The notes under the pieces were generated by a model. It was not told the origin of the DNA and searched no databases. It was given only the letters and a program-made list of their open reading frames with translations. Shown here piece by piece: positions 52,399-64,000 of a DNA stretch of 64,000 bases. The position numbers and the translations under genes were made by a program. Positions within the stretch are counted from its first letter, which is position 1. Each line of letters begins with the position of its first letter. Origin of the DNA: Podarcis melisellensis. Lineage: Eukaryota. The stretch lies in NCBI GenBank assembly GCA_964234715.1, contig OZ174290.1; one strand, given 5' to 3'.

Positions 52399-52637
52399 TT
52401 TTGGATTTGATATTTGATATCCCGCTTTATCACTACCCGAAGGAGTCTCAAAGCGGCTAACATTCTTCTTTTCCCTTCCTCCCCCACAACAAACACTCTG
52501 TGAGGTGAGTGGGGCTGAGAGACTTCAGAGAAGTGTGACTAGTCCAAGGTCACCCAGCAGCTGCATGTGGAGGAGCGGAGATGCGAACCCGGTTCCCCAG
52601 ATTACGAGTCTACCACTCTTAACCACTACACCACACT
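52399..52637 (-). mobile_element. Well-preserved tRNA-derived SINE with CORE-like body and L2-type tail (Squam3-like)
   Basis: Minus strand: A-box TGGTGTAGTGG, B-box GGTTCGCATCT, CTGGGTGACCTTGGACTAGTCAC, then TTAGCCGCTTTGAG..AAAGCGGGATATCAAAT. Many CpGs retained. Confidence 0.88.
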
Positions 52638-54222
52638 TCCAACATGATTTGGCTCAGGAAGAAGATTTGCACCATGTGCAATTTTCTGCTGTTAGAATAA
52701 TTCACTTTGTGTTGTGAATTCAGGTCTAGGCTCAGGTGCCAGTTTTTTTCTGCTTCAAAGAATCATTATTGGAAATTTCTTAGAGGCTAGTAGTGATATC
52801 TCTTTTTGCCATCATCAACAGAGTAAGTAGTAGTCAGGCACCCTCCACAGTACCTGGAGTACCAGATCATAGCCCCTTTCTTCTCCAGCTACTACCATCA
52901 CTGAGACTGCCAAAGAAAGAGAAGGTAGCAGCCATTCTATTAGGTTTAGATCCAGCTCCACGACCTATTGGATGAGTGTGCTTTTTTCCTTCTCTCTCCA
53001 ATCTCCCTTTCCTTTTGTGTTGTCGTTTTACATTGTCAGCCCCAGGGCAGAGTCTGATTTCTGATCTGATGTAAAAGTAGCTCTGGGAACCTTTTTTTGA
53101 TGGAAGAGTAGAGTTAAAAAAAAAAGCTTTAAATGAAATGAATTTGGTGCATAGCAATGCAGCATGACACGTCTTGAATAGGTTGGGGGGTGGAGTAAAG
53201 AGGGCCGATGCTTTTTCTACAGCATAAAATACTGTTTTGATAACTGGCAAATGTATGACATTTATGCTAACGATCCATTTAATATTTTACTTTCCCCTCT
53301 GTGCATTGCTCAGCCAGAAGATGAGTGCAGTACACAGGGATTTAAGAAAAATGGTAAGCTTGGGGGCAAACTGGCATTGAGCATTGGAAAAGTAACTGCA
53401 GAAGGCTGTGCAAGCCTGGGGGATAGTGATCTTGAATGCAAAAGAACATCAAGATAAAGGAATGAAGCAGAGGCAAGGGCGTGGCAGATACTGCAGAAGA
53501 GGAAAGCATGCAGCCTAGTTGGCTGGCAAATCAGTACTTGCACACAGGGCTTGCAGTGGTGGTGGTATGGGAGACTAACCTTTTGCACTTTAGAAATATT
53601 ATTAACACATCACTGCTACAAACAAGATTTGCCATTGTCACAGAAATTGTAGGTAGCCTGTGTTTTAAACTCTTTGGTAAGGGTGTTCTTGAAAGATACA
53701 TGTTTAGATTCAATATGTAGAGTGTCCAGTTTTGCTTCTGACTTGAGCATCACAATGCTATGCACCCTGCGACTTTCAGGTGTTCATCCAGGTAGTGGTT
53801 TTGTTTCATATTCTGGCCACTTGTTATTGACGGCCGGCAACCAACAGTGCTTTGCGGTTGCTCCCTATGGTGCTAAATTTCATTTTAAAAATATACTGTC
53901 TGGAAAACAAGGGGTTTTAGTGGAAATAATAGTTATGTTTAGGTGCAGTACTTATTTACCATATGAGAACTCACCTCAATACGATAAAACAAGCATTAAT
54001 TTTTTTTGCATGATTTCAGTATTTTGCTATTCTCAAGGACCAACTGCCATTTGCTCATAATCCTAGTCAATACTGCATGTCAGCAACATTTTAGAAAGCG
54101 GTTCCTACTATATTGCTAATAGTATTTGTAAAATAGAGCCATTACCTTTGGCCCCTCCAATCTGTGTGGCAGATCAAAAGAAAATCTGTTTTTTGACTAC
54201 ATTTTCTGTACAAAGCATAGTA

Positions 54223-54464
54223 CAGTGGTACCTCAGGTTAAGTACTTAATTTGTTCCAGAGGTCCGTACTTAACCTGAAACTGTTCTTAACCTGAAGCAC
54301 CACTTTAGCTAATGGGGCCTCCTGCTGCTGCTGCGCCACCGGAGCACAATTTCTGTCCTCATCCTGAAGCAAAGTTCTTAACCTGAAGCACTATTTCTGG
54401 GTTAGCGGAGTCTGTAACCTGAAGCGTATGTAACCTGAAGAGTATGTAACCCGAGGTACCACTG
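54223..54464 (+). mobile_element. Tc1/mariner-type MITE, subfamily A
   Basis: TA|CAGTGGTACCTCAGGTTA ... TAACCCGAGGTACCACTG|TA. Confidence 0.92.
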
Positions 54465-54825
54465 TATTTGTTCCCTGTCACAACCCTTTTCCAAACTTGT
54501 TTAGTTTTAAGGCTCTTTCCTCACTTAAACTTGATCTGAATGAGCGTAAGTAAAGATGAAGCGGCATCTCCACTAGTGGTTATTTAGGAAAAGCTTAAGA
54601 GATTTGAGACTATACAGTTACGGCATAAAATATTCAGTTTCATATTTAGCTGAAGGGAATGGATTCGATTGCATAAGTGCTGAGAGCATTATTGAGTTTA
54701 CTACTAGGAAGACTGCAGTCTTCAGCAGCAGTCAAGTTTTGAAAATTATGATGGGAGATACAGAAAACAACAGAAAGCTCTTTTGTATTGTGGGTTCCCT
54801 TTTCTCTCAAACTGCTTAGAGCCAG

Positions 54826-55105
54826 AATAAGAATCTGGCTGGATCAGACCATGAACTGTTCTAGTCTAGTATAATTTCCCCCACAGCGGCCAATCAGATG
54901 CCTCTTGGAACCATTAAGGGCAGGATAGGAGCTCAATAACATTCTCCCACGTATGATACTGGTATTCGGATCCAGAACTATCATGTTTAGTAGGCATTGA
55001 TAGAAAAAAAAATGTGGAAGCTAAAGTATTAAAGTTACCCAATTTGGTGACCATCAGCACCTCTTGTTGTAGTGAATTCCATAGTTTAAACTATGCAGTG
55101 TGCAA
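54826..55105 (-). mobile_element. CR1 LINE 3' fragment
   Basis: GCTGGATCAGACCA, CACAGCGGCCAATCAGATGCC and GTGAATTCCATAGTTTAA are colinear with the other CR1 pieces in the window. Confidence 0.65.
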
Positions 55106-55239
55106 GCATTTCTCTTTTTCTTTACTCTCCAGTTCTGAAATTGTTATTCTTTGTCCCCACTGTAGATGACTGGATGATTTAATATGACTATCAGGGTTAA
55201 TTTGGATTGCATACTTTAAATATGCACCGTGTAACTCCA

Positions 55240-55314
55240 GATATTATGTTGTGATATATGCTGTAAGCTGCCCAGAGTGGCTGGAGAAACCCAGCTAGAT
55301 GGGTAGGGTATAAA

Positions 55315-55370
<56 letters not shown>
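55240..55370 (+). mobile_element. L2-type 3' end with (TTA)n tail
   Basis: GTAAGCTGCCCAGAGTGGCTGGAGAAACCCAGCTAGATGGGTAGGGTATAAAT followed by a long (TTA)n at 55315-55370. Confidence 0.7.
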
Positions 55371-55373
<3 letters not shown>

Positions 55374-55584
55374 TTTTACAGAGGAGAAGGTTCTGATCCC
55401 AGTATAGATCCTTGAGGAAACCAACTTTCTCATGTATCTCTATTGTGATAACTTTTCATTTATTCCTACTCTGCTTCCTTTTCTTTAACCAGTTACTGAT
55501 TCATAAACCATTTTTAAACCTTTTGTACATTAGAATTATGTAGTGTATTTCATTGCAAATATATATATTGGTTGATATTTTTAA

Positions 55585-55586
<2 letters not shown>

Positions 55587-55628
<42 letters not shown>
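55587..55628. repeat. (GT)n(TA)n microsatellite
   Basis: Directly visible. Abuts the Penelope-like fragment. Confidence 0.95.
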
Positions 55629-56241
55629 GCAGGTTTTGGTGTCCTCGGGTGTCTTCCCGTGTAAAAGTTGGGGTGTCTAGGCGACGTTTCGACGAGGTCT
55701 CACTCGTCATCTTCAGGCTGGTGCTTTCGGCTTCTTGTTACTGGAACAGAGCAGGATCTGAGTGTTTGAGTTCCTATAAATACTGTTGAGGGGGTGTGGT
55801 GTATAGCCTCCAATGTTCTGGGCAGAGAGGAAGTTCCCAGGCTAGTGTGCCTTTTCTTCTTTTGTTCCTTAATTACTTGAGGGATATCTTGAGTGATTTC
55901 TTGAGTGATATCCTGAGTACCACTTAGGTGGGTCATTAGGTGTGGATTAGTTGCTAAAGTCTTTGTGTCTTGACCTCTTGAACTTTGTGAAGAGTTTTTC
56001 TGAGAAGATGGCTGTACTGCACTTAGTTGTGCTCTGGCTTGGCTTCGTGTATAGGGGCGAGCTGTGGTTTTGTGGCCTGTGTCAGCCAGATCTGTGTAGG
56101 GATTGCAGGGGGGTGCAGCATCCGGAGGTGCCACCATGGTTTGGCTACTGGATGGTGTCTGTAATTTATCTGTGGAGAGGGTCTGGGTTTGGGTCTGGTG
56201 TGGTTGATTGGTGATGGCGTTCTGTGTGCCTCTGGATCTGG
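55629..56241 (-). mobile_element. Penelope-like element terminal fragment (pLTR / 3' region)
   Basis: A CpG-retaining ~610 bp block bounded by (TA)n on both sides (55616-55628, 56242-56252). It contains the PLE-typical CCTGAAGATGACG...CGAAACGTC signature on the minus strand and internal 12-bp tandem units (TGAGTGATATCC-like). Confidence 0.75.
55681..55718 (-). ncRNA. Minimal type-I hammerhead ribozyme motif (PLE-associated)
   Basis: Minus strand GC-CUGAAGA-U-GACGAG-UGAGAC-CUCGUC-GAAA-CG-UC-GC. It has both conserved core boxes, a perfect 6-bp stem II, palindromic ACGU in place of stem III and a GUC cleavage triplet. Confidence 0.7.
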
Positions 56242-57470
56242 TATATATATATTTCCTCTGTGGCTGATATGACCATGATGGTTGAAACAACAACAATAAA
56301 GTGAACAAAGAGAACCTGTCCTCTTATTGTCTGGCAGCTATATTTGCTCTGGGGCTTTTGATTGAGGGAGTTTGTCAAAAGCTTTTTGAATGTCCAAGTA
56401 CATACTGTGATTTGGGATCATCCTGTCCTTATGTTCAACATTCTCAAATAACACTAAAAGGTCAGACAAGACTTATCCTTGCTGAAGCCATGTTGATTCT
56501 TCTTCAACAAGGCTTACCCTTCTATATTATTAATTATTTTTATATTTAATAGTGCCTTCTACCAATTTACTCAAACCAGATATTTTCCTAACTGGCCTTT
56601 GATTTCCTGCAAACAACCTCCCCTGTTCTTTAAAAAAAAATATTGACTACTCTTGTCACCATGAATTGCCTCAGTTCTTCCGTTTCCCTGAAAATGTCAC
56701 TGTATGCATAGTTCAGGATAAACTTACATGTACTAGGTTTACCTTAAGAAGACAAAGAATAATAACCCAGACTTCTACAAGGCCTTAAGAAAAAGTATGT
56801 TGTGTTTTGTATGAAAAAATCTAATTGATAGAGCATCAGTTGATCCAAACAACTGCAAAACTGGATTAGAAGCTCATGCAGATGTTTCCAAATAATTCAC
56901 ATTTTTTTGGTGGTACATTACTTTTTGTAAGTCTGATTTACTAGCATCTGCAAGGTTTTGTTTGGTACTCTTTCCGCACCCCCAACTGGGGACACTTCTC
57001 CCTCAAGTGCAAAACATTAAGACTTTTCTGCACAGAAGGAAAGCGACATTTAATATTTCAGATAGGAAAACTTCTGAAGGGACAAATTTAAGGGTCTGTA
57101 GCTGACAAGCTGCCTTGCTTTTAGTTACAGAAAATCCACAGACTCTTGGATTAAGGTATCAAAATAATGAACTGCCTAACTACTTCAAATGTTTTAATAA
57201 TTCATTTTATGTGATGTATGTGGATTTTTCTTGAGGCACAAGAAAATGTTTTACCTAAAGAGCATACATCATTTGGGGGGAAAAATACCTCTATTATGTA
57301 CTGTGTATATTGAAATACAATCCATTTTACCATAGCGGGAAGACTGTGACCAGATGACCTTTATGCTTGTTTAGTATGCAATATGGTTGTAAATTTTTCT
57401 TGTTTTATCTTTTTGTAAACTGCTTTGAGGTTTCTTTGTTTTTTCACTCAAGCAGTGTATTAATTTTATG

Positions 57471-57510
<40 letters not shown>
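57471..57510. repeat. (AACT)10 microsatellite, probably the tail of an upstream LINE/SINE 3' end
   Basis: Directly visible. Preceded by GTAAACTGCTTTGAGG...CAAGCAGTGTATTAAT, an L2-like end. Confidence 0.9.
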
Positions 57511-59663
57511 TCAGGGCTCCTGCTGCTCCTTTTTATGGTTACATCCCATTTGGTATCTGTACATTTGTGTGTGGTGATTGTGATAGTGTTGCCATATGTA
57601 GATCTTTGCATTTCTCTGTCAACATAATTTTGAATTCCATTCTTTCTTCTGCAGTGTTAACTACCCTGCCTGCAGTGTACCCAAGTGTTAACATCTTTTA
57701 ACACTGTGGATTGCCTTACATAAAAATCTCTATACTATGCATTTTGAGTGAGTTAATCCTTTTTTTTAAAGGCATTTCACTAGTTCCAGAATAAACTGTT
57801 TCATGAGAAAATAATATTTTTCATTGTTCCCCAGAATTTCAGTTTTTCTCACCAGAAGCTGATATGTCCTGATTTTTCCACCTTCCTCCCTTCCTCCTGC
57901 TCCTGGATTCTTCATCTCTAGCACCAACTAAGAAAATGGAGCCATTTAAGAAAAAAATTCTATATATGCATGTTTCCTTTTTACAGCAATAGACCTCCTG
58001 GTCAGATAATCATTCTTTTGTGATGATGATGGTGGCCTCTGGTGGGAATGAAAAAGGTTATTGGCTTCCTGTACCAAGTTCCTTTAGTTAATGGGCTTGA
58101 TCAGGCAGCAACGCCTGGTGGGACACTGTTGGCAAGGAAAATAAGAATCACTTCTAATTTTTGGAGGCATTGTCCGTCTTTAGGTCAATTAAGGGAACTG
58201 CAGAATGAATTTTCTAAGCGCCGTGATGACGAAGGGAACCAATGAACATGGCTGCTAATAAGCACTTGGCACCAGGCTGGTGTGAGCTGTTGGAACAGTT
58301 GGGCGGATTTTACTGCAATCGTGCCGGCTTCCTCGTGGACACAATCTTAACATTTATTTCAAAGCCTGCCTTAAATACTTGAAAAGTCAGGTAACCACGT
58401 CTTGTTTGTTCTTAATAATGCTACTTTTTCATAGGCGTGGTTGGATTCTCAGCTGCAGTACCCATCAGAAGGAATGGGAAGTATTTAAAATAGTCCTTTC
58501 AGTTCATTGGGCCTCTGCAAAAGAAGTTCATGATTTATGTTTGGGGATTTCTGATAGAAAGCATTTTTTAGAAAGCATTTAGAAAGCAGGAGTGAGAAAC
58601 CTCAGGCACAGGGGCTGAATGCATCCCCCCTGACCTCTCTGTCTGGCCCTTGAGACTCTGCCCAAGCTATGCTTCACAGACCCTGTTCTGTAGGCATCTC
58701 CAGTGTTTTTACCTGGGATTTGTCCTTGAACTGTGAAAATACCCATTGCTTCCCAGGATGGAGAGTGGTATGCTTCTGGCCACACTTAACAACTGGTTTG
58801 TGGCCCTTGGAAGGTTGGTAATAAGACAATTTAGCCCTTGGATGGAAGAAGCTTCCCTAACCTTCATGCAACAAATTTCAAGGAATTTCATTATTTCTGT
58901 ATTCCTTTCCATGGCAAAATCAAATAGGCCAATATAATTTATACCTATATTGCAGATGAGGCAAAGAGCAACTTGCTCAAAGCCACCTTGGAGTGGGGCT
59001 TGCTATGTACTTCCTTTGACATTTTGGAAACTTTACTAGTTTCAAATAGCTTGCAGCATCTTGAAAGTCTGGTATTCATCCTTTTCTTAGGTAAACCTTG
59101 GGACCCCATGCACCCTCTACAGCTCTATGAAAAATATAAGTGATCAGCTTTCATGCTGACAAATGGAAACTGTCATTTCATTTTTATCCCCAATTATACA
59201 GCTCCGGGACCAATTTTTCAGGTGGAATGTTGGAGCCATTAAAAAGAAATAAGTAAACTATACTGCATTCCATCATTTTTCTGGCAGCTGCCCAATGGTC
59301 TGTACCATTATTACATGTACGCTTTTTATATAGATATTTTTCTCTTGGCTTCCTGTTTTTAACTCTCTGCTATCTTCTCCTGTGGGAAAGTGGGAAATTT
59401 ATGTAAAAGCTACAGGTGACATTTTGAACAGAAAACTTAGGCTGCTTGCTTGGAAGCTGCCAGGTCTTCCAATGCACAAGACTTCATTTTTAAATTTGTA
59501 TGTATAACAAAATCCCATTAAAACTTGAGGATGTAGCTGTCAGTTTAGCGTATCCGTTCCTGGACTGCTGCGCTAGAGCAGGCAGTGGACTGTGTTTGAA
59601 TTTGGAGTACGTTTTGCTGGATTTTTTTTAGGATGTGGCTTGGTATTTTAAATGTTGAGAATA

Positions 59664-59889
59664 CAGTGGTACCTCAGGTTAAATACTTAATTCGTTCCAG
59701 AGGTCCGTACTTAACCTGAAACTGTTCTTAACCTGAGGCACCACTTTAGCTAATGGGGCCTCCTGCTGCCGCCGTGCTGCCGCAGCCCGATTTCTGTTCT
59801 CATCCTGAAGCAAAGTTCTTAACCTGAAGCACTATTTCTGGGTTAGCGGAGTCTGTAACCTGAAGCGTATTTAACCTGAGGTACCACAG
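59664..59889 (+). mobile_element. Tc1/mariner-type MITE, subfamily A
   Basis: TA|CAGTGGTACCTCAGGTTAAATAC ... GTATTTAACCTGAGGTACCACAG|TA. Has one fewer 3' subterminal repeat than 54223. Confidence 0.92.
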
Positions 59890-61013
59890 TAGCTGTTTTA
59901 TTGACCAAAATGTTTCAAGAACTTCAAATAAGTGAAGCAGACATTTCACCTTTCCTTCATCAGGTGAAGTTTGTACTATTTCAGGCTGGGCTTGTGCAAT
60001 ATCTGGGGAATGAAATCACTCTATGAACCTGGATACCTGTTCGCTCGAATTTTTCTGTTCCAGAATCACTAGGTGAAAATCTCAATTGTATATTCAAGTG
60101 GATTTTTGTGTGTGTGTTTTTTTTTTGCAGGGTGGGGGGCTCCTGGAGAGCTTCTTTTGGCAGCCCAGATAAAAATCTCCCACTGATACCTTTGTCATGT
60201 AGTGTGTGAATGAAGTTTTACTGTGGTTCTGTCCTTGCCTTTGTTCCTCTCTAATTTATTGGCTAGAAGCAATCACACTGAATGCCAACTTGCCTTGTAA
60301 TGGTTACTCTAAGGAGGCTTGTCAGTTGCCTGTCTGGTTTCTTCCCACCATGAAAGCCTGTTGTCAAGGTTGGTCTCAAGCAAGGTTTGGCAAGTCTACC
60401 TTGAAGTGCCTACAAAACTCTAGGCCTCGGAGGGAATTGGACAAAACTTTAGCCTGCAACAGACTGGAGAAGATGAATTTGCCTTGGCAGGAATCAAAAA
60501 GGACGGGAGTCTGACTTAGCCTGAAGAAACAGTGTTCTGCTATCATAACACAAATACTTGGACAAAAGTTAACTGTTTCAAAAGCTGCTGTTAAAAACAA
60601 ACTGTCATTAAAAAACTTGGCCACTTCTTTTCAAGCACAAATACCGTTCAGACCACATCCACCTGCCACTGTGAATGCTTCACACTTACTTGTGCAATGG
60701 TCAAAAATAATGTTCAGTTCATTACTATCTCCATTGTGTGTCTTTCCCCCCCTGTTCTGTGGAGCCACATGCAGGATGTTGAATGATGTATAATGCAAAA
60801 AGATTTTTAAAAGATTAAATACTTTTTGGATGAAGTCAGATGCACTGAAAGATTTAGTCATTTTATTTTTCAAAGAAGTCAGAGCTTCGTACAGACATTA
60901 CTCTGTTGGCTCAAACTGAAGGGCTGATTGTGATTTGCCAAAAATTATAACAGAATGTGGGCAGCTAGGAAGAAGCATCTGACTGCTGATTGACAGTGTA
61001 GCTCCAGGTGTGG

Positions 61014-61014
<1 letters not shown>

Positions 61015-61044
<30 letters not shown>
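61015..61044. repeat. (AC)15 microsatellite
   Basis: Directly visible. Confidence 0.95.
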
Positions 61045-61048
<4 letters not shown>

Positions 61049-61680
61049 CTAGTGCGTCCCTTGAATTTTTAGAAACCAAAAGATAATTGTGAATTTTAAA
61101 TGGATAGTTTAATTTGTGACTTAGATCTTGTTAAAGTCACATTTTAGTTCACCATCTTTGTTCAAAATGGTGCCTGGCATACAAACACTGACAAAGATCA
61201 CTGCCCCACCTTGGGAACTCTTGTGCCACAATTGGTGATGATATCTCAAGAGGCATCCAAGCAGACAGACAAACCACTTTCCAAAATATATTTTCCATGT
61301 ATATATTTTGTGTGTTTTACCAAAAACAAACAACATGGCATCATGATGCGCATGTGAATTATCCCATTTTTAAATATCCAGGTAACACAGGAAGTTGCTG
61401 GGAGCACCACACTCTTGTTTCTTAGGTTGATATAAAGAAATGCTGCTCTTGACTGAAACAGTTCTTGTTAAGGTTTATACCCAAAATAGGCATAGGTTAC
61501 TTTTGTTGTCTCTTAGGGGAGAATCTCTGGCAAATTTGGTGTCTTTTTCTAAAGAAAAGTGATGATTTCTAAGTGAAATGATTAAAAATGAGGGTGGAAA
61601 ATTAGAGGTTGTGCTCTGTTTCATGTTGAGTTGTGATGAACCAGTTGGTCTCAATTGAGTATAAAAGCTTGAAGAGTGGA

Positions 61681-61799
61681 CACCGCTTCTTTCCAGGTTT
61701 TTTTTTTATTATAAAGGTGCTGGTACTCACCATGAAGTTGTTGCAGTAAGTGCCAGGCTTTTAACATTTGGGTTGAGTATCCCCCGAAGAAAAGCACTG
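61681..61799. mobile_element. Possible short MITE (CAGTGCTTTTTT-type ends)
   Basis: Left CACCGCTTCTTTCC vs rc of right CAGTGCTTTTCTTC. Internal inverted GGTACTCA / TGAGTATC. No TSD seen. Confidence 0.4.
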
Positions 61800-64000
61800 C
61801 TCCTTACTAAAATCTTCCTCCTACCTTTCATTTGCTAAAGTGGAAAAGCAGCCCCTTTTGTTACTGAGAGTCCAGCTGCTCATAGTTATTGGCTAGTATG
61901 ATTTGCAGAATGCCTTTCATGGGGGGTTGGCCAGTGTTTTGCTTTTCATTTACTACATATTCGCTGTGAAACATTATCCTCAAATTTAAAAAAAAGAAAT
62001 GAAGACCACATGGTTAAGTTGAGCATCTTCATGTCATTAGATTTTAAAATCTCTGCCATAATAGGGTTAAGCAGTTCTCAGACTCTTGCAGAAGTTCAGA
62101 CTAAATGTGTGATTTGAAACTCAAAGTGTAATGTGGTGTCAGTTATCAGGTTACTGCGTTTCTTTGATTCCCCCCCTCCTATTGTGTGATTTTTGCATTT
62201 TGCAAGCTGCCCATGAACCCATCGGATGAGAGGTGGAATATAAATCTCTAAAGCATTTCAAAACATTGGTCAATTTGTGCTTATCATACCCTGAAAAAAT
62301 TGTTTTTGAAACTTCTAGTTCAATCCAGCACATATTACTATGAATAATTTACCTCTTTTAACTGTGCAACATCTCTTGAGGTTCCTCTTGTTCCATCTGC
62401 CCTTGCACTGCAGAACCACCCACTTTTTCATGTGAAACATAACCAATCTGAATGGCAGATCAAACAAAGAAAACTTAATTGGTCTTTTAGATAACATGGT
62501 GCAGTTTAAATCTGCATGTTTCTAACTAGCCTCTTCCAAAACATTGCAAAGTATATTGAAAGGGAAAGCAGGACTTTAGATGATATTTTAGTTTGAAAAT
62601 TGCAAGCTGGGATTCACCCACACATGCCACAAATTGCTTATGGGATAGAATATGCGCATCTGTTCTTGGTTTCCCCGACATTGACCTCTGAGAAAGTGTT
62701 CATAGACAAAAATGAAAATAGCTTAGTCTGACCTTAAAAAAACTTCCTTTTTGCCCCAAACTCTACTTCATGTGGCCCATTGCTTTCACTTGAAAAGTGT
62801 CCCTGTTTCAACCTTGCATCAACCATGTACTGCCAGGCAAATAGACAAGAATGCAAATGGGAGGCTGTGGAAGATGCTGCATGTTTTCTCTTTGAAGAAA
62901 AATGGCAAATGAGATTGCTTTATCACAAGTGACATGTACTTAAGCCAGTGTGCCTCAAGGAGGGTCTAGTTCTCACAATGCTTATCGGATTAAATTTGTA
63001 CTTTTCTTTCAGTTCTGCTACATTATCCTGTTTGGTAATAATTCTTGTTCTGTCGCTTTTACAGAATCAGCAAAAAATTGGGAAGGATGCATCTTGTATA
63101 TACTGATGCTTCTGTTTAAGATATTTTAATGCCGAAGTATAGGTTGGAAGTTCTTCAGAGCACAGGGGTGGTGTGGTTGCTGGAAAAAAGATCAGCTGCA
63201 GCAGTCAGATTGCAAGCTCTCTCAGGCCCTGTGAGCCTCTGTTCTCTTTTTCTGTTTCTCCAATATTTTTGCCAGGAGTTGCTGACCACCATTTTCTACT
63301 GCTTACAGTTGATGTCATCATGCATATTCTAGCCACCATGTTGTGTATTGTCTGCATGCAACACTGTAGGCATATCAGTTGGCCAAGGCCAGGCTGCTGG
63401 CAGGTGCTACAAGACACAGGGGGGTGGGGCAGGTGATAAATCTCTAGTGGCAGATCAGCCCATCCCACAATATTGTAGGGTACCAACCGTTCTAATGCTT
63501 GATTTCTGTCATGCTAACCACAGGGTTAACAAGCATTACTTCATATCTAAATGTTGTCTAAACCCCAGTAAAGCAAACAGTTCTGTCTTGCACTATATAT
63601 AAAAAAGTTATTCTTTCTGCTCCTCAGTACATTTTTATAGCAAAACCAGTGTAGAGTGGTCACTGCCTACTGTCTTCCGTGAACAATTTTGACTATCCTA
63701 AAATGAGGTCTTGTTGTTTTATTAGGGGCTCCCTGCAGATCAATAGTAATTCTGTTATGGGCCAAATGTCAAAGAATAGAAATATGCTTTCCAATCCCTC
63801 AGACTTGCTATGACAAGTAGAATGTTGAAAGGCATTAGCTTGGCAGTCACAGACAATAATAGTGGGGTTTTCTGGTGCCCACCTGTTCAGGGGAAGGTTT
63901 TAATTACCTTTTTGGTCACAGGCCAGCATGATAATACCAGTATGCGTTTCTATCTCTCCCAGTGGCCCTCTTATTTTGACACAAAGGAGCACTGAATCGC

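Noticed and set aside
55700-56308. 202-aa ORF as a cellular gene
   Set aside because: Low complexity, lies within a transposon fragment, and has a non-ATG start outside the element.
58220-58310. Box C motif GTGATGA as a C/D snoRNA
   Set aside because: No box D CTGA at a suitable distance and no convincing terminal stem.
1-64000. Known miRNA, snRNA or rRNA genes and host gene identity
   Set aside because: No mature sequence or exon that I recognise. A BLAST or Rfam search is needed, and absence by eye is not proof.

Overview
Vertebrate non-coding genomic DNA, intronic or intergenic. The repeat content (Bov-B/RTE LINEs, tRNA-derived SINEs, CR1 and L2 fragments, Penelope-like elements, TA-flanked Tc1/mariner-pogo MITEs) points to a squamate reptile, probably a lacertid-type lizard (inference). 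I found no recognisable host protein-coding exon; the ORF track is chance ORFs, microsatellite translations and retrotransposon ORF2 remnants. The dominant structure is a ~14 kb near-perfect direct duplication (19677-33648 and 33849-47808) separated by exactly 200 Ns. It is most likely two overlapping contig ends that were not collapsed. The most notable RNA-level signal is a minimal type-I hammerhead ribozyme motif on the minus strand (~55681-55718) at the end of a (TA)n-flanked Penelope-like fragment. A second, decayed hammerhead from a different Penelope family lies at ~24072-24123 (copy 38232-38283). Other points: a GC-rich MITE subfamily carrying perfect NRF1 and ETS motifs, a candidate TATA-driven first exon ending in ATG GAG|GTAAGT (~22550-23078), a few candidate microexons and several repeat-free enhancer-like blocks. 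Repeat family names come from recalled consensus features, not database searches.
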